Origin: Candidatus Omnitrophota bacterium
Lineage (GTDB): Bacteria; Omnitrophota; Omnitrophia; Omnitrophales; Aquincolibacteriaceae
Direction: 5' to 3'
Length of the DNA: 64,000 nucleotides
Assembly: GCA_030698625.1 (NCBI GenBank)
Contig: JAUYMS010000011.1
Coordinates: 4,373 to 68,372 of the forward strand
Part shown: piece after piece, positions 1-11,200 of the stretch
Numbering within the stretch: position 1 is the stretch's first letter
Layout of the letters: each line of letters begins with the position of its first letter
Position numbers and translations under genes: made by a program
The notes under the pieces: generated by a model
Told to the model about the DNA's origin: nothing
Databases searched by the model: none
Seen by the model: the letters and a program-made list of their open reading frames with translations, nothing else

Positions 1-487
1 CGATCAGGTGCTTCATACTAAAGAGGAGCCGTCGGCTCAGTGTCACCTGCAAAACAAGCATGATCAGGCAGCATTGCCTCTAACAGAACCAGAGTTTTAC
101 CTTACACCAAAACAGGTTTCTCCCCGATACAGCAGCCCCCGGGAATGCGCGATCATACAGCTGGAAGTAAAGGCGTATAAAAGGGAGCGAAATATGGCGG
201 CAAAGGGCATCCTGTTCGAAGGCATTGAAAAACGGGCGGAAGCTTCGCGTCAATCGCTAAGCAGCTTCCGGTTTAAAAACACCGAAGATGCTCTTACATA
301 CGGAAAAGCCATCCGGCAGCGCCCTGACGAAATCACCGCACTTGAGCAGGAACGCGATATTCTCTCTCGGGAATGCACGCATTTAAGCCTCCAGGAAATA
401 ATGGTCGCATTGACTAAAAAACAGCTCTTGAATGAAGCCCTTGAAGAGGCCCGCAATATCCCCGGCCCCCCCTGGCCCGCAAAATAA
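1..487 (+). CDS. hypothetical protein, C-terminal fragment (ORF runs off the left window edge; track ORF starts at GTG at 8 but frame is open back to nt 2)
   Basis: Open reading frame with no stop upstream to the window edge. Charged/helical C-terminus (ALEQERDILSRE...). No recognisable catalytic motif. Might be the tail of a transposase or regulator, but this is unsupported. Confidence 0.3.
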   Translation, partial: DQVLHTKEEPSAQCHLQNKHDQAALPLTEPEFYLTPKQVSPRYSSPRECAIIQLEVKAYKRERNMAAKGILFEGIEKRAEASRQSLSSFRFKNTEDALTYGKAIRQRPDEITALEQERDILSRECTHLSLQEIMVALTKKQLLNEALEEARNIPGPPWPAK

Positions 488-1310
488 TTCTCTCCGAAGG
501 GCTTTAGGGGTCCGCATAAAAATCACGTAAGAAGGACGCTCGTTTTGAGAATTTCCGGCTTTCTTGACCGGGCCTCAAGCGCCTGGAGGATTCTGAAAGC
601 CGAGTTGCTTCACCCTGCCTGTTCAAAGATTCTTTCACTCAAACAGGTAGTCACGCACGGCTCCAGCTGCTGCCGCAATGCGTCCATCATTCCGTCTTTT
701 GCGGACATGGTGGTAACGCAGCAGAAAGCCGCGAACCGTTTTTTCGATGCGGGATTCAAGCTTGCGGCTCAAAATTCTTCATAGCCTGCAAGCACAATTT
801 TCATGGTCTGCAAAGAAGGCTCTGCCTGCTCGAAGCGTTCTTCCAAAGGGAGGCTCAAATCGAAAACCCGGGAACAATTCTGCAGGCGGCCGCACTCATG
901 GAGGACAAGCATCGTCCTCAGGCTTTTTTCACATTTTGAACAGTTCCCCAGGACTCAGATTGGCCAGGCAGACGCGCAGGTGTTTCTGAAAGAATGCTCA
1001 TAAGCATGGGCATGCTTTTGAACCAGTACCCGCTTAACGGCATCCTCCATGACAAGCCGGTGCTCCCTGTGAGCGGCGCAGGCACAATAAAAGCGCAGCC
1101 ATAGGCCTCCGGCGAGGCGCTCAACTCTTCATCGGGGGATTCAAACTAGATCTGCTCAAGTATTGAGGGCCTTCGGAAATTCATAATCGAATTCAAACTT
1201 GGCCGCCCTATAAATTCCGCATAAAATCAAAGTGGGCCTGCAGTCTCTGCTGCAGGCCCGCGGGCCTTTGCTAAATTCCGCCATTCATCGTTCAGACGGC
1301 AATGAACAGG

Positions 1311-1499
1311 TTAGTCGACCACACTTTCGACCGAATCTTTTGTGTCTTCGGCTGCATCAGAAATATTATCTTTTGCATCGTCATACAAGTCTTCTATCTT
1401 ATCGCCGGCACTATCGTTATTGGTCATTGCTTCAATCGATGCAATGCCTGCAATCGCCACGACCAGTATTACTACAATCCAGATTCCAATATTTTTCAT
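1311..1499 (-). CDS. small membrane-anchored acidic protein (62 aa), hypothetical
   Basis: N-terminal hydrophobic helix (IGIWIVVILVVAIAGIASI) followed by a D/E-rich tail. GGGGGG Shine-Dalgarno-like run 5-9 nt upstream of ATG. Lies directly downstream of the coiled-coil gene on the same strand. Confidence 0.3.
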   Translation of the reverse strand: MKNIGIWIVVILVVAIAGIASIEAMTNNDSAGDKIEDLYDDAKDNISDAAEDTKDSVESVVD

Positions 1500-1517
1500 T
1501 ATGTCCCCCCTTTATGA

Positions 1518-1545
1518 CCCGGGCCGGCTTATAGCCGGTCCCGGG
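1518..1545 (-). terminator. GC-rich stem-loop (cccgggccggc-ttata-gccggtcccggg) between the 1592..2716 gene and the small ORF; possible intercistronic terminator/attenuator
   Basis: Near-perfect 11-12 bp inverted repeat seen directly in sequence. No strong U-tract on the minus strand, so it could instead be a processing or stability hairpin. Confidence 0.3.
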
Positions 1546-1591
1546 CGTTCTTACTTCCTGTCACTGCGGCATGTGCCGGCTTTCACCGGCA

Positions 1592-2716
1592 TCAGGAACC
1601 GACTTTTCCGACAGAGTCATAGTAACCACTGCGGAAGGTATCAAAGGAGTTCTTAATTTCTCCTCTCATATCCTTCCACTCCCCTTCACCGGCATTTTTG
1701 ACTTGCTGGAGCTTCTGTTCCACATCCTGCAGATTACCTTCTAAATCATTGATGCTTTGCTGAAGCTCATTTTTGACCTCGGGCTTCTGATCGGCACGGA
1801 TCTCATCCCCTGCCTTCTTCAGTTCTGCGATGTCGTAACGCATTTCATCCAGCTCGTCTTCGGTCTCCCATTCATAAGCTCTCTTTTCACTCAGAAACTG
1901 ATCCACAGCCTTGTTGATTGAGCTATGGACATCATCAAGTGAACCGGCGAGCTCAGACTTGGCCTCGCTCCACGCAGAGCTGAGTTTCCGCTGCTGCTGC
2001 AGCTGTTGTTGCTCAGTTGCGTCCGCCTGCGCACGGCCCTGTTCTACTTCATAAGGCTCGAGTTTCTGCAGATTCTGAAGATCCTGCTTAGCCTGAGCAA
2101 GCTGAGGTTCAATCTCATGCAGCATCTGAGTCCGTTCAGCAGGCGATTGTTCTCCACTCGCTTCTCCCGGAGCTTCACTGCCTACTATTGTTGGAGCATC
2201 CGCCTCCTGACGGAGTGTGGATAAACGGCTTTCCGCACGTGTAATCCGGTTGTCGGCATATTCTTCATAGGCTTCCGGATTTGTTCTTATGTCACTGCGG
2301 AACTCGTACCACGCCGCCTGAATCCTGTTTACCGCCTGGCCGAAAAAGCCCGGCTGCTGAGCGTCAGAACCTTCAACATTCCGTTCTCCGCCCTGTCCCT
2401 TTCTGGCTGTTGCTTCAAGAGATTTTGCGAACCATGCCTGCTGCCGTTCGGCATCCACCCGGACTTCATCGCCCACATTCAAATTGTCGAGCGAGTCGAA
2501 TCCTTTACGATCGGCATCGGATTGCAGATACAGTTTTACTTCTCTGGGCATATTTGCTAATTTTTCATGCGCCTGAACCGTAAGACTGTTACCTGCCTTG
2601 TCGATTTTTGTAATCTTACCCGTCACCGCCTGTGACTGTGCCATGGCAGGGCCGTACAACATCACCATGCCAGCCGTCAAAAGCGCCATACTCTTCATTA
2701 TTGTATTCATCTTCAT
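1592..2716 (-). CDS. secreted/periplasmic coiled-coil, Gln/Glu-rich protein (374 aa), hypothetical
   Basis: Clear signal peptide (MKMNTIMKSMALLTAGMVMLYGPAMA-QSQA). Long heptad-like charged helices (EQQQLQQQRKL..., LQDVEQKLQQVKN). No enzymatic motif. Confidence 0.55.
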   Translation of the reverse strand: MKMNTIMKSMALLTAGMVMLYGPAMAQSQAVTGKITKIDKAGNSLTVQAHEKLANMPREVKLYLQSDADRKGFDSLDNLNVGDEVRVDAERQQAWFAKSLEATARKGQGGERNVEGSDAQQPGFFGQAVNRIQAAWYEFRSDIRTNPEAYEEYADNRITRAESRLSTLRQEADAPTIVGSEAPGEASGEQSPAERTQMLHEIEPQLAQAKQDLQNLQKLEPYEVEQGRAQADATEQQQLQQQRKLSSAWSEAKSELAGSLDDVHSSINKAVDQFLSEKRAYEWETEDELDEMRYDIAELKKAGDEIRADQKPEVKNELQQSINDLEGNLQDVEQKLQQVKNAGEGEWKDMRGEIKNSFDTFRSGYYDSVGKVGS

Positions 2717-2873
2717 TCCTCCGTTAATTGCTGTTTAAGTTAGGTCTTGAGTTATGGTCCTTATTCTACAAGACGGCGGCGAAATGAGAATCCGACATTG
2801 GAGATTTTACGGTAGGAAAAGTCAGTGATGCGTTGTAAGGAATTCCCGCGAGGGAGATATAACGGTGGCCGAT

Positions 2874-3551
2874 TTATTCGTTTTGCACCCAGTTCATGGC
2901 GAGCCGGATTAATTCCATATTGTTTTTCAGGTTCAACTTAACCTTGATGCGGGCGCGATAGGTTTCGATCGTTTTGACGCTGCGGTGGAGTTGTTTGGCA
3001 ATCGAAGAGGTAGCAGTACCTTCCCCTATCATTCTGAATACTTCGAGTTCGCGGTCGCTCAACACCTCGATCGGCGATGCGTCCACCGAAATCCCGCCGT
3101 ACTTTTTTTCAAGCACTCTTTCCATCATAGTCTCGCTTAGATAAATCTGTCCTTTCAGGACGTGGCGGATGGCGAATATGATTTTTTTCGGAACCTCCTG
3201 TTTCATGATGTAGCCCCGCGCACCTTCCCGAAGCGCGCGCTCCGCGTACAATGTCTCATCATGCATGGAAAGAACCAAAGCTTTAACGCCAGGCTGGTGC
3301 ATTTGGAGGGCTTTCAAAAACTCGAACCCGCTTGATCCGCTTAATGAAATATCCACCAGAATAACGTGGGGTTTGCCTTTTGTCACTCCGTCCAGCGCAT
3401 CCTGATAATTGTCGGCTTCCCCGCAAACGACAAAGTCTGTTTCGTGCTGGATCATTTCGCTGATGCCCTGGCGCACGACCGGATGATCGTCCAGAAGGAA
3501 TATGCGGGTTTTTTCAGTTATCGAAGGCGTTTGCTTTCCTTTTTTATTCAT
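2874..3551 (-). CDS. two-component response regulator, NarL/FixJ (LuxR-HTH) family
   Basis: REC domain motifs (LLDDHPVVRQG, phospho-acceptor Asp in ILVDISL, KALVLSMH) plus C-terminal LuxR-type HTH (LSDRELEVFRMIGEGTATSSIAKQLHRSVKTIETYRARI). No cognate histidine kinase adjacent. Confidence 0.9.
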   Translation of the reverse strand: MNKKGKQTPSITEKTRIFLLDDHPVVRQGISEMIQHETDFVVCGEADNYQDALDGVTKGKPHVILVDISLSGSSGFEFLKALQMHQPGVKALVLSMHDETLYAERALREGARGYIMKQEVPKKIIFAIRHVLKGQIYLSETMMERVLEKKYGGISVDASPIEVLSDRELEVFRMIGEGTATSSIAKQLHRSVKTIETYRARIKVKLNLKNNMELIRLAMNWVQNE

Positions 3552-4045
3552 CTTTTCCCAGCTACCGGCTTCGAACTCTTAAGCGTTACCGTCCCCATCG
3601 CGACCTCCTGGACTCCATCGACATTTTTCCCATTGTGGAAGTGACATTAAAACCTAACTTTCACTTCCGGCCCCCGTCAACGGTTTGCTGTGTTGCTTTG
3701 TAAGGACTCTCAGAAGTGCATTCTATAGGAAAAAGGATTATACCATATCGGGCACCTGTTCATTTCGGCGTAGAAAATCCCCCTGGAATTATCTTCTTTT
3801 GAGATTACCCGCAATTTGTGTCACAAAAGGATGCCAGAGCCCCGGATTATCGTGGACCATTTTGGGGAGAAGACAACACCAACTGTAAATCGCAGGAAGA
3901 CTTGCTCGCTATTTTTTTGCGTTATTGCGGGAACAGCTGAAACTAAAAGGGACCAAAGCTACATCCCTCCCTCGTCGGGAAGCGGATGCGGGGAATGATA
4001 AACTTGAAAAGGTTTTTGCGCGACCAACAAAACACCGCGTCTCGT

Positions 4046-4477
4046 TCATGTTCCGCTAGAGTTGGGAGAAAAACGCTCCTCGTTTTCCTTCCCCGGTTGA
4101 TGGTGAAAAATTCCCGCCATCATCCATTCATTATTAGCGGCGTATTTCATCCACTGCTTTTGTGAAAATAAATATCGGCCAAGCCATGCCACGAGGCAGG
4201 CATCCACGAGAAACAATCCCGCCACGGCCGCCGTTTTATGGGGAACTGATATATAGACAAGAACATGCAGGAGGATAACCGTCAGCATGCTGATACCCGT
4301 GAACATCAGCAGCCCGTATACCGCGAGACCAGCCTGCCGGACCGTTTCTACGGATTTAAGATAGAAGCGGGCCATTTCAATCCTGGCCAGTTCAACGGAG
4401 TTGTTCTTGTAGAAGCGCCACGCACCGTAAAACGCTTCTCCAATGTTTTTAAATGAACTTCCATTATCCCGTGACAT
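4046..4477 (-). CDS. YqjE-like inner-membrane protein (DUF1469/holin-X-like), hypothetical
   Basis: 143 aa with two central hydrophobic helices, immediately downstream of a DUF883 (ElaB/YqjD) gene, as in the E. coli yqjD-yqjE arrangement. Assignment is by context and topology only. Confidence 0.4.
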   Translation of the reverse strand: MSRDNGSSFKNIGEAFYGAWRFYKNNSVELARIEMARFYLKSVETVRQAGLAVYGLLMFTGISMLTVILLHVLVYISVPHKTAAVAGLFLVDACLVAWLGRYLFSQKQWMKYAANNEWMMAGIFHHQPGKENEERFSPNSSGT

Positions 4478-4507
4478 TGACGAATCCCTTTGCTTGCCGC
4501 AGACTTT

Positions 4508-4855
4508 TTACTTTTTCCGTGAAGAAAAACGGTACCCCAAAACGAACGCCGCAACCGCAACACCGCCCAGAAAGGGCCAGGGGTTTTCATGAACTGAGCG
4601 GTCCACTTCCTCACCTTTCTCGTGAGCAAAACGGCCTATTTTTTCTTGCCCCTCATGCAATGCATCTTCTGTGCGGTTTTTGAGGTTGGCTGCGCTCTTT
4701 CTCACATTGCCACTCGCATCGTTAAATAAATGCCGCAGTTCATCGTACTGACCCTCCATCCTATCATAAAGCTCTTCACGCTTGTCACGTGCGGCTTCAT
4801 TGAGCAATTCAAGAGCTTCATGAATTTTATCCGGCCGGTGGTTATTCTTCCTCAT
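4508..4855 (-). CDS. ElaB/YqjD/YgaM family (DUF883) ribosome-associated C-tail-anchored membrane protein
   Basis: About 115 aa, N-terminal charged helical region (ELYDRMEGQYDELRHLFNDASGNVRKSAANLKNRTEDALHEGQEKI) and C-terminal single TM (NPWPFLGGVAVAAFVLGY) with basic tail. Architecture typical of DUF883. Confidence 0.65.
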   Translation of the reverse strand: MRKNNHRPDKIHEALELLNEAARDKREELYDRMEGQYDELRHLFNDASGNVRKSAANLKNRTEDALHEGQEKIGRFAHEKGEEVDRSVHENPWPFLGGVAVAAFVLGYRFSSRKK

Positions 4856-5212
4856 GGCACAAACCTCCTTCGTTACCTGTTGTTTTTAAACTCGTATCTG
4901 CATAACATACTAAAAAATAAACGGGGTTTGATCTATCGGGGACTGGATTAAAGAAACCAAGGTTTACCCCACAGTACCGGCCTCACCCTGTACGGGATTC
5001 CCCGCAAAGCCCCGATAGGTTCTTCCGGGCACTAAGCTAAAGTCTGTCAAGGAGAATTGAAACCGGCTGAAGCCAATAGTATAAAAGTGATGGGAAATGT
5101 GTCACCATGGGGTATATCCCTTATAGATAAGCCCTTGCAAACGCTTTAAAATGTCCTGTAGTTTAGCGTTTCTATTTAACTTTTATCCGCACAGCGTGGA
5201 TTACGGTCGCTT

Positions 5213-8200
5213 ATGGCTCAATTTGTCACTTCATCGCGCGCGGAAAAAATCTGGAAGATTCCGTTTTTCGAGTCCGTCGCAAAAAAGCCTGAGGAGCCCA
5301 TTCGGGCGGAACTTTTCAGCATTGAACGTCTGGAGCAGCACGGTGAAAGCCTTGCCTCCTCGCACAGCATTACGCACAAGCAGCCGTGGGGGCGCACGAT
5401 TTTAGGACGCGTCAAGGAAAATGGCCGCATCTTAAGCGGCGCCTACCGCCACATCACACAAACGATCCGCGAGGACCGCACGATTACCCCGGCCGCGGAA
5501 TGGCTGGCTGATAATTTTCATATTGTCGAAGAACAAATTCTGGAAATCATTGACGATCTTCCGCCTGCTTTTTACCGGAAACTCCCAAAACTCACAGAAG
5601 GCTTTTTAAAAGGTTACCCGCGTGTTTACGGCGTAGCATGGGCTTTGGTCGCCCATACGGACAGCCGCTTTGATCCGGATTGGCTCAGACGTTTTGTCCG
5701 GGCTTATCAACGGATCAATCCCTTGCTGATCGGTGAGATTTGGGCCTTAACGATCAGTCTTCGAATCATTCTGGTTGAAAATCTCAGACGGCTGGTGGAA
5801 CAGCTCGCCCTGAGCCGGACGGGACAGCTTAAGGCCGATCATCTGGCGGATTCTTTGCTGGGTCTTCGGGGACTGACTCCAGCGGCCGCCGAAAAGACGC
5901 TCCGTTCTTTTGGATCCCGCCCTTTGGAAAAATCGTTCGCGGTCCAGTTGGTACTTCGCCTTCGCGATCAAGGTGAAAACGTCGCCCCCGTCCTGCAATG
6001 GCTTGAAGAATGTCTGGAATCGCAAGGTACAAGCGCCGAGCATCTTGTCCGCCAGGAACATCAAGAGCAGACAGCTATGAACACCTCGGTCCGCAATGTG
6101 ATTACAAGTATGCGGTTAATTTCCGCTTTGGATTGGACCCGTTTCTTCGAGGATGTTTCAGTTGCTGATGAAATTCTCCGCGCTTCAAGTCGCTTTGAGA
6201 CCATGGATTTTGCCACGCGCGATCTTTACCGCCACGCGATTGAAGAGCTGGCCCTTGGTTCGGGGCTTTCCGAGATTGACGTCACAAAACAGGCCATCCT
6301 CGCCGCTGAAAACGCGCAAGCCGTTATAAGGAAACCCAAGACGCCCGCCTCCGTGATTGAAATAGAACGGGAAAGTGACCCCGGCTATTACCTGATTTCA
6401 AAAGGGCGTCTGGAATTTGAAAAGCAAATCCGCTGCCGCGTTTCTTTACAGCGCCGCTTTTTCCGATTCTATGTTGCCCGCGCCACAGAGGCCTACCTGG
6501 GAACGGTAACGCTCACGGCCGCAGGACTCCTTTCCATTCCCCTCTATTACAGCTGTTTACACGGGATGAGCCTTACAGCCTTCATCGCCTTCGCGGTTGC
6601 CGGCTTTTTTCCCGCTTCGGATTTGGCGGTGGCCCTTGTGAACCAATTTGTCACAAAAACGATGGGGCCCCGGTCTTTGCCGAAGCTCGATTTTTCCAAG
6701 GGAATACCGGCACCTTTCCGAACTCTGGTTGTCATACCCACCATGCTTAGCAGTCCGCACGCCATTCAGGAAAATATGGACCGTCTGGAAATTCATTATT
6801 TAAGCAACCCGGAAGGTTATTTACAGTTCGCGCTTTTGACCGATTGGACGGATGCGCCCGAAGAACATCTCTCGGAAGATACAGCGCTCCTTGCCGCCGC
6901 AACTGAGGGCATCCGTAAATTAAATGACCGTTACGGCCCGGGTCCGGGAAAAAGTCTCCGCTTTTTTCTTTTCCACAGGCGCCGCCTTTGGAACGCCGCC
7001 GACGGCGTCTGGATGGGTTGGGAACGTAAACGGGGTAAACTACACGAACTAAACCGCCTGCTTCGCGGCGATGCTCAGACTTCTTTCCTGTTGAATTCTT
7101 CTGAGCTCGCAGCAGTCCCGAAAAAAATCTGTTACGTGATCACACTGGACGCGGATACGCGAATGTCTTACGGGACCGCGTACCGCTTGGCAGGCGCCAT
7201 GGCTCACCCGCTGAACCGGCCCTTTATTGATCCGGAATCGCGGCGGGTGACGGCGGGCTATGGGATTATGCAGCCCCGGATCACGCCCACGTTGCCTATC
7301 ACCGGCGAGGGGTCTTTGTATCAATGGATTTTCTCAGGCCCCATCGGTATTGATCCTTACGCGTTCGCGGTCTCGGATGTTTATCAGGATCTTTTCCAGG
7401 AAGGCTCTTATATAGGTAAAGGCATTTATGATCTTGATGCTTTTGAAGCTTCGTTGGCAGGACGGGTACCGGAAAATCGCATCCTCAGCCATGATCTCTT
7501 CGAAGGTTTACACGCGCGCGCGGCACTGGCCACCGACATTGAACTTTTTGAAGAATTTCCTTCTCACTACGAAGTCGCGGTATCCCGGACTCACCGCTGG
7601 GTACGGGGCGACTGGCAGCTTCTTCCCTGGATCGCAGGCCGTCCTTCCGCCGCCGGCGGGCACAAATCAAAAGCGCTTCCTTTCATCGGGCGATGGAAAA
7701 TGGCAGACAATTTGCGCCGCTCGCTGTCGGCGCCGGCACTACTCTTAACCTTGTTTTTTGCCTGGAGTTTTCGTTCCGCTCCTGCCGCAGTCTGGATGCT
7801 TTTTATTCTCGCCGTCATTGCTCTGGCGCCCCTTCAGCCTTTTTGGGGCCAGTTGATGGCGCGCCACAAACAAATCCCCCTGCGCCGCCATCTGCGGGCC
7901 GCCGCAGGCGATTTCTACCTGGCCCTCTCCCATATCTTTCTGACTGGCGTTTTTCTCGTCCATCAAGCCTCGCTGATGACGGACGCGATTGCACGGACGA
8001 TTTACAGGCTCTTCATCAGCCGCCGAAAAATGCTGGAATGGACCAGCGATGCACAATCCCAAGTCCATGCGGATTACAACTTAAGCGGATTTTATAAACG
8101 GATGGCGGCAGCCCCCCTGGTGGCCGTGATGGCGCCGCTTCTTCTGCTGACTTTTCACACCTCAAACCGCCTCTGGATGATGCTTCCGTTTGCCGTTCTG

Positions 8201-11200
8201 TGGGCGCTTTCCCCCTGGATCGCGCGTCAGATCAGTCTTCCCATCCGTGACGCAGGCCGCGGCGCCGAGGCTCTGAGCCCGACGGCCCGTCAGTCTTTAC
8301 GGCTGATTGCGCGCAAAACCTGGCAGTTCTTTGAAACATTCGTGGATGAATCTCATCACTTTCTTCCCCCGGATAATTTTCAGGAAGTTCCTGAACCTGT
8401 GACCGCGCACCGCACTTCGCCCACCAACATCGGACTTTATTTACTTTCCGTCAGCGCCGCCCGGGATTTTGGCTGGATTGGCCTTTCCGAAACAGTCGAG
8501 AGACTTGAAAATTCTTTAAAGACTCTAAAGGAATTAAAAAAATACCGCGGTCATCTTTATAACTGGTATGACACTCACACACTTGAACCTTTGAATCCTC
8601 TTTATGTGTCCTCGGTTGACAGCGGAAACCTCGCGGGACATTTATGGACCCTCGCCGGCACCTGCCGCCAGTTGGGGCAGACGCCTTTGATGACAAACAA
8701 TATTCTGAGCGGCCTTGCCGATATCTTCACTTTTATTCAGGAAGACGCTTCAAACATCAGGGGCACCCAACGTACTGAAACCGTGACTCAAGTGCAGTTG
8801 GAGGAAACACTCGCTGCGATCCGACTCTGTCTTCGAGGGGTGCCGGAATCTCACGCACAGTGGAGCGCTCATTTTTCAGAACTCAAAAAAGAATCTGACA
8901 CACTGTCCGATATCGCAAGAGCTTTGGATGACGGAGCACTGCTCAAATCTTCCGATCGTTTCGCACGACAGATTCACAGTCATGCGAAAGATTTTGAGGA
9001 ACTGATCCCGGACCAGGGCAAACCCGAATGTCTCACGCTGGCTGAAATTCCGGCTTTAGCCGCTTCAGCCTTGCATCATCTTGCCTCAGACCCCCAGGCC
9101 GCTTTCAGCATTCCGCTGATAAAGCAAAAAGAACGGTTGGAAGTCTTTCTCAAAAAAGCAAACGCGCTGCTATCGCGGTTTTCCGCTCTCGAGCATTCCT
9201 GTGAACAGCTTGTAAACAGCATGGAATTCGGTTTTTTATTTGATCCTGTGAAGAAGATCTTTTCGATCGGTTTTCAAGTCATGGAGCATAAGCTGGATTC
9301 GGGTTATTACGATCTGCTTACCTCTGAGGCACGCCTTGCCAGTTTTGTCGCCATTGCCAAAGGGGATATTCCCGTTTTGCATTGGTTTCGCCTCGCCCGT
9401 TCTTTAATTTCCCTGAATCACAAGCTGGCGCTGGTGTCCTGGTCCGGATCCATGTTTGAGTACTTGATGCCTTTTCTCGTGATGCAATCCCCCTCCGGAA
9501 GTCTTTTGGATCAAACTTGCCGGCGTGTTGTTCAGCGTCAAATTGATTACGGGGCCGAACGCGCGGTTCCCTGGGGCATTTCAGAGTCGGCTTACAACGT
9601 TCAGAATCTTCAGCATTCGTATCAGTATTCCAACTTTGGCGTTCCAGGTCTTGGCCTTAAGCGGGGCCTTTCGGAAGATTTGGTCATTGCGCCCTACGCG
9701 ACCGCCCTTGCCGCGATGATTAATCCAGCGGCGGCCATTCAGAATTTCCGGCATTTGGCGCAGCTGAATGCCGAAGGGTACTACGGCTTTTATGAATCGC
9801 TGGATTTCACGCCCGAACGTCTTCCGGAAAAGCAAAAAGTGGTCGTTGTCCGGGCCTATATGGCGCACCATCAGGGAATGATTCTCGTATCGCTCGCGAA
9901 TGTTCTTCATGAGGGAATTTTCAGAACCCGCTTTCATGGCGAACCCATGGTTCAAGCCTGTGATCTTCTTTTGCAGGAACGGACTCCGCGCGCCGTGACA
10001 GTCGTGAGGGTACGGCCCAATGAAGTTCCCCGGGAAGTTCGCCAGCCTGTGCCCCTGGTCTTGCGCCGTTTTGATTCCCCGCATGAAGCGGTTCCCCGAA
10101 CCCAGCTTCTTTCCAATGGACGCTACAGCGTCATGATCACCACGGCGGGTTCTGGCGCCTCACGCTGGCGGGACATCGCCCTCACACGCTGGCGCGAAGA
10201 TACCACGCGCGACGCGTCAGGAACTTATATATTTTTGCGCGATGTGGAAAGCGGCGCGGTTTGGTCAGCCGGGTATCAGCCCACCGGTCTGGAGCCCGCA
10301 ACTTACCAGGCGGATTTCTCGGAAGACCGCGCTGAGATCATCCGCAAAGACGGTGCGCTTGAAACCACGCTTGAAGTGATCGTTTCTCCCGAGGATGACG
10401 CTGAGCTTCGGCGCGTAACTTTAAAAAATACCGGTACTTATACCCGCCTGATCGATGTCACCTCTTACGCGGAAATCGTACTTGCCCCGCAAGCCGCCGA
10501 TTTGGCACACCCTGCTTTTTCTAATTTGTTTATTCATACGGAATTCATCCCCGAGGTCAACGGTCTTATTTGTCACCGCCGGGCGCGCGCGCCCGATGAT
10601 TTAATTCCGTGGGCGGGACATGTCCTTGTGGTCGAAGGCAAAACGATTGGAGCTGTTCAATACGAATCCAACCGCACACGTTTCGTGGGACGGGGGCGAA
10701 GTCTTCGTAACCCTGTTTCCGTCCTCGATGGAAAACCGTTATCCGACAACGCCGGGGCGGTACTTGATCCTATTGTCAGTCTACGCTGCCGCGTCCCCGT
10801 GCCGCCGGGCGAAACGGTCCACATGACTTTTACAACTCTCGTTTCCGCGTCGCGGGAAGAAACCATGGCGCTCGCGGACAAATACCATGACCCCGCCATG
10901 TTTGAACGCGCGCTGACACTCGCCTGGACGCACGCGCATATTCAACAGCATCATTTGGCCATGGAACCGAGCGAAGCGCATCTCTTTCAAAATCTTGCCA
11001 GCCGAATCTTTTACGCCCATAACGGAATGCGGCCCTCACCGGATATTCTAAAACTCAATACCCGGGGGCCTTCCGCGTTATGGACTCACGGCATTTCCGG
11101 TGATCTTCCCATTGTTCTTGTGAGACTGAACGAAGAAGATGTCTCCGGCATTGTCCGCGATATTTTACGGGCACACGAATATTGGAGAATGAAAAATCTC

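Noticed and set aside
1-487. Interpreting the first partial ORF as an IS66/IS3 transposase fragment
   Set aside because: No DDE, zinc-finger or HTH motif is visible. The only grounds are helical, charged composition and proximity to nothing else mobile.
490-1230. Cluster of overlapping 60-80-aa ORFs on both strands after the first partial gene
   Set aside because: No frame shows a signal peptide, motif or consistent codon bias. The region looks like non-coding DNA or a badly decayed remnant. Nothing is supportable.
4930-5040. Possible c-di-GMP-I (GEMM) riboswitch in the ndvB leader, because of a shared GCAAAGCC octamer and a CACAG...GGG segment
   Set aside because: Apart from the octamer, the GEMM-I P2/P3 consensus (CACAGGGCAAACC...GGGACGCAAAGCC with GNRA tetraloop/receptor) is not reproducible here. 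The match is short enough to be chance. I keep it only as a 'structured leader' note.
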